DNA of 64,000 nt from an uncultured Acidobacteriota bacterium (GTDB lineage Bacteria > Acidobacteriota > UBA6911). Of the stretch, positions 30,693 to 42,405 are shown piece by piece (the first letter of the stretch is position 1; every line of letters begins with the position of its first letter). The stretch lies in NCBI GenBank assembly GCA_963809485.1, contig CAWEJX010000020.1, positions 1,248,001 to 1,312,000 on the forward strand, in the 5' to 3' direction. The translations under genes and the position numbers were made by a program. The notes beneath the pieces were generated by a model, which saw only the letters and a list, made by a program, of their open reading frames with translations, did not search any database and was not told where the DNA came from.

Positions 30693-31661
30693 CTATAGCT
30701 TTTTCAGCGCCTCGATCCGCTGCATCACGACCCTGGCATAGCCCTCGACCTCGGCGGCCGAGAAACCGGCGGCGCTAAAGCAGTCGCTGATCTGTCCGGG
30801 AGAAAACTGCCCGAGCCGGTTGCCGAGCCAGCGTGCGTCTGCGATAGGAATGTGCCTGGCCACACTCTCCATCCGAGTACGGGAATAGTATTGGGGGAAA
30901 TAGAAAATGGTAAGGAAGAAGGGTCGGGTGTGTATGACGAAGTCCACATATTCGGGGGTGATCTTTTGAATAAATCCTGTTTCCGCGTAGTCCTTCATCA
31001 CGCCGCGGCTGCGGGCGAAGTTGTTGCCCGTGCGGCCGAGACTGGCGCCCAAATCGGAGATCACGTACCGTCCCTCGGCGCCGCCGTCTTCGTAGATACC
31101 GTTATTGACTTCTTTCAGATCCCAGTTGTTGATGATCGCCATCATCACTCTGAGGCCGTTGAACTCCCGCGTGCCGACAAAGGGGTTATGGTACCAGCTC
31201 CAGTTCTTCAATTTCTTCCCGCCGTCTTGGCGCTCCAAACGCGCCTCGCGGACCATGCCACCCTCTGATACGTACTCCTGACCGCGGGAGAGCGGTTTCA
31301 TTCCTTGTACGTGGATTTGCGGCCGGTAGTAGTCCTCATCGGCGTGATAACCCGCAGCCCACACCAGGCGCGTTGCAGCGGTTTCCGACTTCGCCTCGTG
31401 GCCAAGTTTCACCTTCCACTTGGCGCCGTTTTCGTCTTCGACTTCAAACTTGGGCGCAGTCCCGCCTTTGGTTTCCTTGATGAACATAAAGCTGTCCCCT
31501 GGCTGGCGATCTTTCCCTCCCGGCCCTTCCAGGAGGTTCAGAGCCGCAACATCGCCCCGGTCGCGCCACAGCGCGACGGTGGTCCCAGGCTGTTGAGCGA
31601 AGGCGGGCACCACCAGAAAAAGAGCAAGAAAGATGGAGAAAATTTTCCTGTGATCTCGCAT
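30693..31661 (-). CDS. Secreted hypothetical protein with kinase-like motifs
   Basis: Signal peptide (PAFA-Q); GGTAPKF, WKVK, NNWDLKEVNN and ISDLG; GGAGG RBS. Confidence 0.75.
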   Translation of the reverse strand: MRDHRKIFSIFLALFLVVPAFAQQPGTTVALWRDRGDVAALNLLEGPGGKDRQPGDSFMFIKETKGGTAPKFEVEDENGAKWKVKLGHEAKSETAATRLVWAAGYHADEDYYRPQIHVQGMKPLSRGQEYVSEGGMVREARLERQDGGKKLKNWSWYHNPFVGTREFNGLRVMMAIINNWDLKEVNNGIYEDGGAEGRYVISDLGASLGRTGNNFARSRGVMKDYAETGFIQKITPEYVDFVIHTRPFFLTIFYFPQYYSRTRMESVARHIPIADARWLGNRLGQFSPGQISDCFSAAGFSAAEVEGYARVVMQRIEALKKL

Positions 31662-31796
31662 GGTGCCTCCTAAAAAAGCGCAGCCCGATTTCCTGGATTT
31701 CTGCGCAGCGTCGCGATCGGCAATCGAATGAATCCTGCTGCGGGATAGCGCATAGCGCTGAGCCATTACCGTGGCCGACAGCGCGAGCCACACTTT

Positions 31797-31862
31797 CTTA
31801 TACTGCGGCGTCAGTTCGCGCGTCAGTCCGGTATTGCTCACACATTTGATCAAGATTGCTCA
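31797..31862 (-). promoter_or_regulatory. Tandem-box promoter copy C
   Basis: TGAGCAATCTTGATCA-N6-TGAGCAATACCGGACTGACG-N18-TATAAG. Confidence 0.85.
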
Positions 31863-31937
31863 CGCCGGTTAATGAGGGGGAACTACTTTGTGGGGACAAA
31901 TCGAAGCTAAGGGGTGTCAAAAAGGGCCTGTGCCTGT

Positions 31938-32120
31938 GGCAAAGCCGGAGGCTTGAAGATCTGAACCGCTCAAAGCGGTCTTACGCATGTCCCCATGGCT
32001 GCTATCTGCCGAGACTTGGGTCCGGGAAAATACGCCGATGGACGCTGACAATCGCGGACAAACACTGATAAAACCAATTTTTTGTCAGCGTGTGTCCGCG
32101 GCTGTCAGCGTCAGTCAGCA
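31938..32120. repeat. Partial IS200/IS605-end MITE plus palindromic repeat
   Basis: ggcaaagccggaggcttgaagatctgaaccgctcaaagcggt matches 7817 and 52530; followed by a gacgctgaca...tgtcagcgtc hairpin. Confidence 0.65.
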
Positions 32121-32446
32121 TTCGCGTGTCGTCGAGAACCAGGCTTGTCCAAATTTGGCTCATTTAATTGCAGGCGGCCTGAATGCTTAGCCCCTCATAG
32201 AAGCGGCGTCCGGAGCAGAGCCAGGGGGTCGCTTCGCTCGCTCCTGGCTTTTTCGACCCATTCCCTGACTCGTTGCATATACTCTTCCTTGACTTGCAGA
32301 TTCGAAGACCTTACCCTCAGTCGCAGGGAAGAAGTGCCGTGTTGGTTGGCTTGGTTGTGCCTTGGAGCTTGGCCCCTCCGGCATGTTCCGAGCCTTTCAG
32401 AAAGATGCAACGCCTTCCGACCTCCTAAACTCGGCCTGACCACCTG

Positions 32447-33532
32447 GTGGAAGCGCCCGTGAAACTGTTAATCCAACCTGACGACGGAATTGCGGCGCTG
32501 CTTTCGGGAATCAGAAACGCCAAGAAAAGCATTGAAATCGTGATCTTCCGTTTTGACCGCGCAGAGATTGAAGCGGCGCTGAAGGCTGCGGTCGGCCGCG
32601 GCGTTTCGGTGAGTGCGTTGATTGCCTACACCAATCGGGGCGGTGAGATAAACCTGCGTAAGCTCGAGATGCGTCTGCTCGAAGTGGGCGTCGCAGTTTC
32701 GCGAACCGCCGACGATCTGGCACGCTATCACGACAAGCTGATGATTATCGACCGTCGTCTGCTCTACATCCTGTCCTTCAACTTAACCCACCTTGATATC
32801 GACCATAGTCGCGGCTTCGGCATCGTCACCAAAAACGCCAGGCTGGTACAGGAAGCGGTAAAGTTATTCGAGGCGGACACCACGCGAAATCCCTATACAC
32901 CCACACTGGATACTTTTGTTGTCAGTCCCGCCAACGCCCGCAAACTGCTCGCCGCGTTTATCCGCAAGGCCAAGAAGGAGCTTCTCATCTACGACCCCAA
33001 GATCGCCGACACGGAAATGCTGCGCGCCCTCAGCGAGCGGGCAAAGGCGGGGGTGGAGATCAAAATCATCGGCCGCGTTGGCAAGAGAAGCCCTGCTCTG
33101 GAAGTCCGGAATCTCGTCAAGCTGCGCTTGCACACGCGCACGATCATCCGCGACCGCCGTCAGGCCTTTGTCGGCAGCCAGAGCCTGCGCCAGGTCGAAC
33201 TGGATTCGCGCCGCGAAGTCGGCGTTATTGTCCATGAACCAAAAGTGGTGAACGGCCTTATCAAAACTTTTGAGACAGATTGGGCGATGAGACCGGTCGG
33301 AGAGATTCAGCAGTTCGAAGCCCAACCCAAAGTCCTCAAGAAGGCGCTGAAAGCGCTTGTCAAGGAGCTGTCGCCGCTAAATCCCATCGTAAAAGAAGCG
33401 CTCAAGGAAGCGGTGTTAGAGACTGGGAGCCCGGGTCTGAATCCGCAAGAAGTGAAAGAGACGGTCAAGGAAGCGGTGCAAGGAAGCGGTCAAGGAAGCA
33501 GTCCAGGAGCGTGTCGACGATATGGTGAAATA
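32447..33532 (+). CDS. Phospholipase D/cardiolipin synthase-like protein
   Basis: HDKLMIID (HKD) and variant HTRTIIRD; the KEAV repeat tail appears frameshifted near 33478 (called ORF runs to 33655). Confidence 0.82.
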
Positions 33533-33620
33533 ATCCACGGAGGAGTCTCAGCCGCTGCGAAGCATCCATCCCAAACTAGAAACCGGCACTACACATTATT
33601 TCCCCTCCCATTAACCGATT

Positions 33621-33685
33621 TGAGCAGTTTTGAACAGACGCGTGAGCTGTATTGAACGGACACGCGAATACCCTCAGGGTATAAA
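33621..33685 (+). promoter_or_regulatory. Tandem-box promoter copy D
   Basis: TGAGCAGTTTTGAACA-N6-TGAGCTGTATTGAACGGACA-N17-TATAAA. Confidence 0.85.
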
Positions 33686-33810
33686 TATTATGTATACAGC
33701 CGGAGCCCCAGTTAGCAAGGGCTGGAACTCCACTGCAAGTTGTCAACAGCGCATAACGGAGAGCGGACCTTTTGGCGTCCGCCTCCAAACGCATAATTGG
33801 GAGGTTTATC

Positions 33811-33996
33811 ATGCCTTTAATTAACCTGGTAGTGGTCTTGATCGTGGTGGGCGTACTCCTTTGGCTGGTGAATAACTACATCCCAATGGCCGGCTCAATC
33901 AAAAGAATTCTGAATATCGTCGTAGTAATTGCCGTGGTTTTGTGGCTGTTAAACGCATTTGGAGTTCTTCACTCCCTTTCCGGGCTCCGCATCTAA
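33811..33996 (+). CDS. Thivi_2564 family small membrane protein
   Basis: MPLINLVVVLIVVGVLLWLVNNYIPM...IKRILNIVVV; GGGAGG RBS. Confidence 0.85.
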   Translation: MPLINLVVVLIVVGVLLWLVNNYIPMAGSIKRILNIVVVIAVVLWLLNAFGVLHSLSGLRI

Positions 33997-34281
33997 GCGG
34001 AAACTGACGCGCATGGGAAGGTCCCATTTCTGATTATGCCCGGTTTTTTCGCTGGAAACCGGATCAGAAGGCTCAGTAGCTCGGAGAAGAAAAGAATTAG
34101 CTCGGAATGCGTTCATCGAACTGCCGCGAATTAAGCGGATTTTGATATGTGAGGGGTTGCTGCACGGAAGGCGGGAGCCCTCGGATATATGTGGATCTGT
34201 ATCCGATGCCGCAACTCGAGGCGACGAATCCCGTAATCCTTGATTTTTAGGCTCAACTGCTGGAAATGGAAGGAGATTGTC

Positions 34282-34945
34282 ATGGTAGCCCATAAAAGCG
34301 CGCCCATCGATTGGGAAACCTTGCTTGCTGGAATCACCCACGGGAAAACTCTGGTGGAATACGGCGCCGACCGGCGCATCTTCGATCAAGGACAACCCGC
34401 GGATTCCATATTTTATGTTCGAAAAGGCAAGGTGCAAGCTCTCGGTTATATCCCAACAAGGCAAGGAAGCGATCGTCGCCACCCTGAGCGCAGGTGAGTT
34501 CCTCGGCGAGGGATGCCTCGCAGGTCAGCCATTGCGCATGGCAACGGCTACAACGGTCACAGACTGCAATCTCTTCCGGATCGAGAAGCCGCTGATGCTG
34601 CGCATGCTTCACGAGAAGCACGAGATCTCGGAATTATTCGTCGCGCATTTGCTGGTCACGCAATACCCGATACGAAGCGGATCTCGTGGATCAGCTTTTC
34701 AACTCGAGCGAGAAGCGTCTGGCGCGTATTCTCCTGCTGCTCGCTCATTTTGGCAAGGAAAGTAAAGCCGAACCCGTGCTTCCCCGCAGTCAGTCAGGAC
34801 AGTCTGGCACAAATGATCGGCACAACCCGGTCGACGGGTCAGTCATTTCATGAATAAGTTCAGGAAGCTGGGATTTATCGATTACAGCGATAACAACGGG
34901 TTGATGGTCCACAGTGGTCTGCTCAGCGTAGTGTTGCACGACTAG
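34282..34945 (+). pseudogene. Crp/Fnr regulator paralog 2, with four apparent 1-bp insertions
   Basis: Colinear with 24650-25306 across frames; 664 bp versus 660 expected; frameshifts may be sequencing errors. Confidence 0.85.
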
Positions 34946-35216
34946 CCCGCATTTCCCAAAGGTTACTGAGGGGCCCTGCATGTTAGGAAGGGCCTCCAGC
35001 GCCTATCCTAAAATTTGCGATCGCCATCCGTGTTAGAGAGCGGCCTTCCGGCCTCCCCACCCCAAAAACAACGACTGCGAAATTGTCTTGAGTTTTGAGA
35101 CGGCCTTTCCAGACCCTTTCGATACGGTTCTCAATAAATAAACCTATAACGAGAAGCTTTGGAGAGCCGCCCTCCCCTGTGTGCCGCAGGATAGCCTCTG
35201 AGAGATGCGGGCCGGC

Positions 35217-35570
35217 TTACAGCGTATTCCTTGAATCAGAAAAGCCCAAAACGTAACGGTTCCTCGACTCCGCAACCTGCAGATAACGGGAATCGTGTGG
35301 AACGCATCGTGGAGACGAAATATCCACAATGGGGTATTCCAGGATTTCTTCTCTATTTAAATCGGGGCAGCCGGGACAGAGAATGCCTCGAACCTGAAGC
35401 CAGTAAGTTTTGCCTTGGGCCCTGTGCACCGCAAGCATCATCTGCGCAACCTGCTCTTTGGTGTTCATCCACCCGCTCAGTTCTTCAATCCCGTCCCCGC
35501 AAACAATTCTTATCTGATATTCATTGCCGTGGTTGTGCGCCATGTGTTGTCTCTTTAGCGCCGTATCCAT
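35217..35570 (-). CDS. Hypothetical protein
   Basis: 117 aa ORF with a CxxC; no recognisable family. Confidence 0.5.
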   Translation of the reverse strand: MDTALKRQHMAHNHGNEYQIRIVCGDGIEELSGWMNTKEQVAQMMLAVHRAQGKTYWLQVRGILCPGCPDLNREEILEYPIVDISSPRCVPHDSRYLQVAESRNRYVLGFSDSRNTL

Positions 35571-35944
35571 TCAAATTTCATTTTCGACTCCCTGATCCCT
35601 GAAAAATCTAACAGGCGGCAACTTGAGGTGTCTGTTCCAAAAAGATCAGGCGTCTGTTCAAAAAGGAACACCCCGGCCCCATCCCGTTTTGACTTGGGTC
35701 AGGCCCAGGCCCGGATGGAAGCCTCACTGCTGAGCATGCAACCCCTGATTCTCGCGTTTGAGGGCGCCAAGCCGATTCGGCAAATCCAGAATCATGCCGA
35801 TCCCTGCCAGGTTCACACGCGTATCGCACCTCTCGATCAGTTACTCCTGCAGACCGCGCGGGTTGCGCCTTTCCGATGGGGCTTGGGCATCGGATTCTCC
35901 ATGGCTGCGGCATTATCGAGCGAGTTCCCCTTGAAGGCCCGGGC

Positions 35945-36009
35945 TGAGCAATTTTGACCAGATCCGTGTGTAGTACTGACCTTACATTCGATTTTCCCCG
36001 GAGTAGAAA
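35945..36009 (+). promoter_or_regulatory. Tandem-box promoter copy E
   Basis: TGAGCAATTTTGACCA-N6-TGTGTAGTACTGACCTTACA-N17-TAGAAA. Confidence 0.75.
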
Positions 36010-36124
36010 TAGCCTTGTGGATCTCGGGATTAATAGCGGGAAGTTGCCATAATCTCTCAAGTACGAACCTGAGGACCGGGAGAAGGGCAGATCCTCTCTG
36101 ACTTCAAGGTAGGAGGCCCATTAG

Positions 36125-36358
36125 ATGACAACACGGGAGCACCTTGTTTTTGAGCAGCTGAGCACCTTTGAACGCCGTGGATCCGACGCTAGCCCAAATC
36201 CATTGAATGAGGGGATTTTCCGCGCTCAAGTGCCGGGGGGCTGGTTAATATTACTGAAGGCCGACCAGCCAACCCTGCTCTTTTACCCCGACCCGGACCA
36301 TAAGTGGGGCGGCGGGTCCATGCAGGGGGGGTTCAAAAGTGAGCAGAGTGGCGATTGA
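36125..36358 (+). CDS. Small hypothetical protein
   Basis: AGGAGG RBS; RAQVPGGWL...FYPDPDHKW block. Confidence 0.7.
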   Translation: MTTREHLVFEQLSTFERRGSDASPNPLNEGIFRAQVPGGWLILLKADQPTLLFYPDPDHKWGGGSMQGGFKSEQSGD

Positions 36359-36380
36359 ATCACGAAACAGGAGGCAGCAA

Positions 36381-36617
36381 ATGACACCGAATAGGACTTT
36401 GCTTACCATCGAATTACTGGCCGAGTTGGCATCGTTTCACCAGATGCCGTGTCTCTCGCTTTATCAGCCGACCCATCGGCGCCGTCCCGAAAATCAGCAG
36501 GACTTGATCCGGTTTCGCAATCTTGTAAAGGAGCTGGAGACATCGCTCCGGCAGAAGTATCCGGCCGTCGAGACCCGGCTTCTTCTGGAACCGTTTAAAG
36601 CCCTCGCTCGCGATCAC
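36381..36617 (+). pseudogene. Truncated baeRF3/7-like (release-factor-like) protein
   Basis: CLSLYQPTHR...QDLIRFRNLVKE N-terminus, then loss of similarity. Confidence 0.6.
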
Positions 36618-36790
36618 AAAAGGAAAACACTACGCGAACCCAAATCAATACCGACCGGGACATCGGAGGCAATCGGGATTTGCCTGCCAAAAAACACAAT
36701 TGGCCACTGCCTGCAGAACCGACACTGCAACAATTGGTGGACGAGCACATTCTCAGCGGCAGGCACTGTTGTCACCACAATTAACCGATA

Positions 36791-36855
36791 TGAGCAGTTT
36801 TGACCTGCCACGTGAGCTGTACGGTACTGACACGCAATCTCCCTTAACGTATAAG
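36791..36855 (+). promoter_or_regulatory. Tandem-box promoter copy F (OmpA gene)
   Basis: TGAGCAGTTTTGACCT-N6-TGAGCTGTACGGTACTGACA-N17-TATAAG. Confidence 0.8.
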
Positions 36856-37208
36856 CAATGTAGCTCGAGTTGCCGGAAAAGAACCGGAGGACAATACGGT
36901 TCCTTAAGGCAAGAGCCTGGAGAATCGCGAGATCGGTAGTCGGATGGTTTTCGGTGTAATTCCAGGAATCACTGGCTTTTTCAAATTCCATGGACCTTTC
37001 AAATCCTAAAGCTGGACCCATAATCCCCAGCTCGGATTTGACACATGAAGCCGACTCATTACTGATAATCAGCAAAGGGGTTGCCCCGTCCAAAGCGGTC
37101 GCGAAGCTGCCTCCTTTGTTAAATTACCACTCGACGCCAGGAATACAAGGCCGCTGGTACTAGTAAGGTTTTTAAAGAGTGAATGTCATGATGTCCAAGT
37201 AAAAGGAT

Positions 37209-38901
37209 GTGAGAAAAATGAGAAGGATAAACATGTTTCTGGCGTTATGCGGCTTGTCCTGCGGTTTGCTGTCCGCACAGGCGCCGCAGGCCGCGGATCC
37301 GACACAGCCGTCGATTCAAAGCCAATCGTTCAGTTCGATACCTATTTATCGCGTCACCGTGGTAGAGCGGACCATGAAGGCCGTAAACTATCAACACCGA
37401 AGCGGCGCCACAAAGATTGATTTCAGCGGCACCGATCTCCTGCCGATGGCTCGCGGCGAGGCCAAAGTGGAGAGCAAAAAGGGCTACATCGAGATCGAGG
37501 TGGAATTTGACGAAATGCAGCCGGCAACCAAGCATGGCGCTGAATGTCTCACCTATGTCCTATGGGCGATCACCCCGGAAGGCCGGACATCCAACCTGGG
37601 CGAGATCCTCCTCGACGGAACCAAAGGCAAGCTGAACGTGACTACCGAATTGCAGGTCTTCGGCCTGGCTGTCACGGCGGAGCCGTACTTCGCGGTTTCC
37701 ATGCCGAGCAACTTGGTCGTGATGGAAAATGTATTGCGCAATGACACGCAGGGCAAGATCGAGGAGATGGACGCCAAGTACGAATTGCTGGAGAGAGGCC
37801 AGTATGAGCGTTTGGCGAATCCGCTGGCGCTGAAAATGGATTCAAAGATGCCTCTGGAACTTTACCAGGCGCGCAACGCCGTCCAGATCGCGCGCGCCAC
37901 AGGCGCAGACCAGTTTGCCTCCGACACCTTTGCCAAGGCCGAGAACAGATTGGATCAGGCCGAGGCATACCAGGCGCGCAACGCGGGGCGCAAACCAGTA
38001 ACGATGACGGCCCGGGAGGCTGTGCAGATTGCGGAAGACTCCAGGGCGATCGCGGTGAAGCGACAGGAAGAAGAGCGTATTGCGAACGAACGCCTGGCGG
38101 GTGCGGACCGCGAAGCGCTGGCCAAAGCAGAGACCGAGGCCGAGGCGCGTCTGAGGGCGCAAGCTGAAAGCGATCAGAGAATGGAGGCCGACCGAAGGGC
38201 GCACTGCTGAGGCCGAACGGAACGCGGCCCAGTCTGAAACCGCGAGGATCAAACTTGATGCAGATGCGGCGCGTGTTGCCGCTCAGATAGAAGCTGATCG
38301 CGTCAAACGCGAGAACGATACGGCGCGAGACGCGGCTCAAGCGGAAGCCAATCGGGCAGCAAGTGCGGCGGCGCAAGCCGAGGCTGACAGAACGCGGCTG
38401 GCAACTCAAGAAGCCGACCGGCTGCGCCTGAAGGCTGAGGCCGAAAAGGCGGAGCTGCGCACTCAGCTGCTAAGCCAGCTTAATCTGGTTCTTGAAACTC
38501 GCGATACGGCCCGCGGCCTTATCGTTAATATGTCGGATGTTCTTTTCGACACAGCCAAGTACACCCTGCGGCCCGAAGCGCGCGAGAGGCTGGCCAAGGT
38601 GGCCGGTGTTCTCCTGGGACACCCGGGCCTAAAGCTTGAGGTCGAAGGCCATACAGACAGTGTGGGAGGTGAAGTGTACAATCAGCACCTCTCCGAACAA
38701 CGAGCCGGATCGGTGCGTGACTATCTCATCCAGCAGGGGATTTCAGGGATGGACTCGATCCCAGCCAAAGGGTTCGGCAAATCACAGCCTGTAGCCACGA
38801 ACGATACCGCCGCAGGCCGGCAGCTCAATCGGCGCGTGGAACTTATTGTCTCCGGCGATCTCATCGGTACTCAGATCGCTTTGTCAAATAGTTCAAGGTA
38901 A
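37209..38901 (+). CDS. OmpA-family protein with coiled coil, frameshifted near 38205
   Basis: Signal peptide; Ala/Glu coiled coil continues in another frame into VEGHTDSVG...LSEQRA...NRRVEL. Confidence 0.85.
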
Positions 38902-39101
38902 GAAGCGCTGACGCCTATTTTTGTTTGCAGAACATGACTGACAAGAAGGCTAATAGGGTGGGGCACGGCTCGCCGTGCCCCAGAATTCCCCATCATTATT
39001 TTACTTCCGAAAGATCCGACCTATGCCCCGTCTTCCTAAAACCCATACCCCACCCGAAGCGGCTCATGCCACGAAGGATTCTCTTTGGAGCAGGGGCTCG
39101 A

Positions 39102-41343
39102 ATGATCTCGCGATTGCAGAGCGCCCGTGCCTTCGTGGTTGGTCGCCCGCGATCCGCAAGGTTGCGCCGCATCGTGCTCTTTGCGGCCGCTCCCCTGGCG
39201 CTGGTCTTGCTTCTCATCTCGGCTGGGTTGATCCACCATGTCTACTTCAATCGCCGCGGGCTCCCGGACATCGAGCGGTTCATCCGTTTCGAGCCCCCCA
39301 CAACGGGCAGGGTCTACGACTCCCGGGGCAAGGTGCTTATAGAACTGGCAAGGGAGTACCGCCGGGTGGTCTCCTACGACGAGGTGCCCGCTATCCTGCG
39401 CCAAGCCGTCCTGGCGGCTGAGGACAAGAATTTCTTCTCCCACTCCGGCGTAGAATACCGTGCGTTGCCGCGGGTGATCCAGAAGACGGCGGTGCGCTCT
39501 CTGGCCTCGTGGCGGAAGGGTGGCGGGTTCCGGCTGCTGTTTCCCCAGGGCGGCTCAACACTTACGCAGCAGCTCGTCCGTGGCTACTTTCTCCAGGACC
39601 GGACTAGCCTCGAAACCGGCGATGTGCTCTTCCGCGAAAGTCTGATCCCGCGGTTCCTCTCGGCGTGCTTGGGGGCGCCGGCCACAAACAAGCTCCTGCG
39701 TAAGCTGGAGGAGGTGCGGCTGGCGCTCTGGCTCGAAGAGGAGATGCGCCGGCGTTACGGATCGAAGGAGCAAGCCAAGCGCGAGATATTCGCCCGCTCC
39801 GCCAGCTTTCTCTACCTGGGCAACGGCCGCTACGGCTTTGCAGCCGCCTCGGAGTATTACTTCGGCAAGCCCCTGTCGAGCTATACGCCGGAGGATGCGG
39901 GCGAGGCGGCGTTGCTCGCGGGGATTACCAAGTCGCCCAGCGTCTACGCCCCGGTCGCGGGGACCCGCGGCCGCGGCGCCGCCGCAACGAAATCCTGGCC
40001 TTGATGGCGCGCAACGGCTACATCCCCGAAAGCCTGGCCGAGCGCTGCCGGGCCAAGCCGATCCGCGTAGCTGCCCGCAGCCAAGTCAAGACCCATGCCC
40101 CTGCCGCGATCGAGAGCGTCTTGGACGAGCTGAAGCAGCACGGCGTCGGACCGATTCGGGATCGAAGACCTCTTCCAGGGGCGGATCTCGGTCCGCTCGA
40201 CCCTCGACGAGCGAGTTCAGACCATCGTGAACGAAGCCCTGGAAAACGGCCTCGCTCGCTACGAAAAGCGGCACCCCGGGGCAAAGGGATCCATCCAAGG
40301 TTCTGTGGTGGCGCTGCACAACGGGAACGCGGCGATCCTGGCCGAGGCAGGCGGGCGTCACGTCTTTAACGACCGCGCTGCGCGCTACTCCGACTACAAC
40401 CGTGTCACGGGCTCACTGCGGCAGCCGGGCTCGGCATGGAAGCCGCTGGTCTACCTGGCTGCGTTCCGCCAGGGCTTGGACCTCTCTACCACGGTGCCCG
40501 ACGAGCCCATCGAGGTGTCCATGGGCGCCGATCAAGGGGGTGAAGTGGATCTCCAATTACGATAATCAGTTCAAGGGGCCGATCCCGATCCGCCAGGCGC
40601 TGGCTGAGTCCCGCAATGCGGTAGCCGTATGGATCACCCGCGAGATCGGCCTGAACAATGTGATCCAGACGGCCCGGGAAATGGGGATTCGCACCCCCCT
40701 GCAGCCTTATATTACAACGGCGCTAGGAGCCTCGGAGGTGCGGCTGCTGGAGCTGGCGGGCGTCTATCGCGCCATGGCCTCCGGGGTCTTGGCGGAGCCC
40801 CACGTCATCGATCGCGTGACAAACGCCTCGGGCATGGTGCTCTATGAGGCTCCTCCGGCAGGACGGTTGATCGACTCTGCTGAGTTGAGCCTGATCCAGG
40901 AGGGGTTGCGCGGCGTGGTTCGCCTTCCGGAGGGCACCGCCCACAGTCTTGACCGCCGCGACTTCCCGATCCCGGTGATGGGCAAGACCGGGACGACAAG
41001 CGACTTTCGCGACGCGCTTTTCGTCGGATCCACTTACGGGACGCAGGGAATCACGGTGGCGGTCCGGATTGGCTTCGATGACAACCGCACGCTGGGCGAG
41101 AAGGAGACCGGGGGGCGCGCGGCGCTGCCGATCTTTCGCGAGATCATGCTCCGAATCTACCAGGACAAACTGTTGGGACCGGCGCCGCATTTCCCCCGCG
41201 AGATCGAGGAAGGAATCGACGAGTACCTGGCAACGCAGGCCTTGCAGAAAGTAGGGCGCGACACACCGCCGCCGTTGGCCTCGACGACAGCCTCATTAGC
41301 TCCGCCAGTGACAGTCTCCAACACTTCTGAAGCCCGGCGGTGA
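39102..41343 (+). CDS. Class A penicillin-binding protein (transglycosylase/transpeptidase), several frameshifts
   Basis: AAEDKNF, GGSTLTQQ, RKLEE, RQPGSAWK, SRN and KTG; frame breaks near 39960, 40148 and 40540. Confidence 0.85.
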
Positions 41344-41531
41344 TCCTGAGTAACGGTGGCTGAAACAGATTGCAGCGTTCCGGGGCCTTATCTTGGGGAG
41401 GATGTTCTCACATTCATACCGCCAAGGTCAGCCACCTCCTCTAGCGTTGAAATATGACAACTCTCTGCTGGATGAAGCAGCTTCCCTCCGTTCATTAAAC
41501 CGACACTGAAGTTGTAATAAGTGAGAAGAGA

Positions 41532-41596
41532 TGTGCATAAGTGAACAAACATATGTGTATAAGTGAACAGACATCTGTCTCCGCTCCTTCTATTAT
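41532..41596 (+). promoter_or_regulatory. Tandem-box promoter copy G
   Basis: TGTGCATAAGTGAACA-N6-TGTGTATAAGTGAACAGACA-N17-TATTAT. Confidence 0.75.
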
Positions 41597-41668
41597 GTTA
41601 ATAGGGAAAGGTAGAAGGACGGTCACGCATATTCGTCCACTATATTTCCCTTATGAGTGGGGAGAGAT

Positions 41669-41749
41669 ATGGAACACTTATTGATTTTTCTTTTAATATT
41701 GTTTTTGTTTGGTATCGGAACTTGGGATTACTCCCGGTGGCCCAGGTAG
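41669..41749 (+). CDS. 26-aa single-TM microprotein
   Basis: MEHLLIFLLILFLFGIGTWDYSRWPR; GGGGAG RBS; similar to 42973-43059. Confidence 0.65.
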   Translation: MEHLLIFLLILFLFGIGTWDYSRWPR

Positions 41750-41992
41750 CGCTTGCGCGCGATTGGGCAAGGATTCCATTTGGTGCGCTTTAGATGGCAT
41801 AGGATCCGTTTCGTTGGTGTCTAAGCGGCATGACAGCGCCTGATTGGAATCAAACGCCCGGCTATCGCTATCCAAGTGGTCCTGCATGCCTTCGGCGCGG
41901 ATAAGTCTCTCTCGATTTGTGTTCCAAATTTTAATCGATATCGTGTTCTCAGTGTGGGTCCCTTTATTCGAGCACACACTGTGGAGAATGTC

Positions 41993-42151
41993 ATGAAATC
42001 TAGATCTAAGGATGAGGCCAATGGCAATTTTCATAAGGTGAAGGGCAAGAGTGAGAAGCGCTTGCGGAAAGCGATGATGGACCCCACCTTGGAGGGCAAA
42101 GATGAAAATAAAGTCGGGAGGGTCCAAGAAAAAATCGGCCCTGTCGATTAG
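41993..42151 (+). CDS. CsbD-like protein (degenerate, short)
   Basis: DEANGNFHKVKGK...DPTLEGKDENKVGRVQEKIG. Confidence 0.7.
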   Translation: MKSRSKDEANGNFHKVKGKSEKRLRKAMMDPTLEGKDENKVGRVQEKIGPVD

Positions 42152-42405
42152 GAAACCCTCAGAGCACGCACAAAATTGCATAGGCGTTTGTTGATAATTT
42201 CGTGAGACAACTCGTGCTCAGAGGATTCTTCGCGTTCGGGCGTGTCTTCTCCATCGGTGGGCACCCGAAGCTGCCCGCCGCGATCGGGCGGCGGTTGATC
42301 CCCTTTCGGCGTAGTCTTCATCGGCATCATTCTTCACGCTGCGCAACAAAGCGTCGCGTGCAAGCCCCTCTTCTTTGGCGGGTTGGGGGAGCGGCTTAGC
42401 GATAT

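Noticed and set aside
32144-32162. Operator-like palindrome TGTCCAAATTTGGCTCA before the PLD gene
   Set aside because: It is 17 bp rather than 16 and has no partner box.
35608-36060. ORFs of 150 and 109 aa
   Set aside because: No family motif or RBS, and they overlap promoter copy E.
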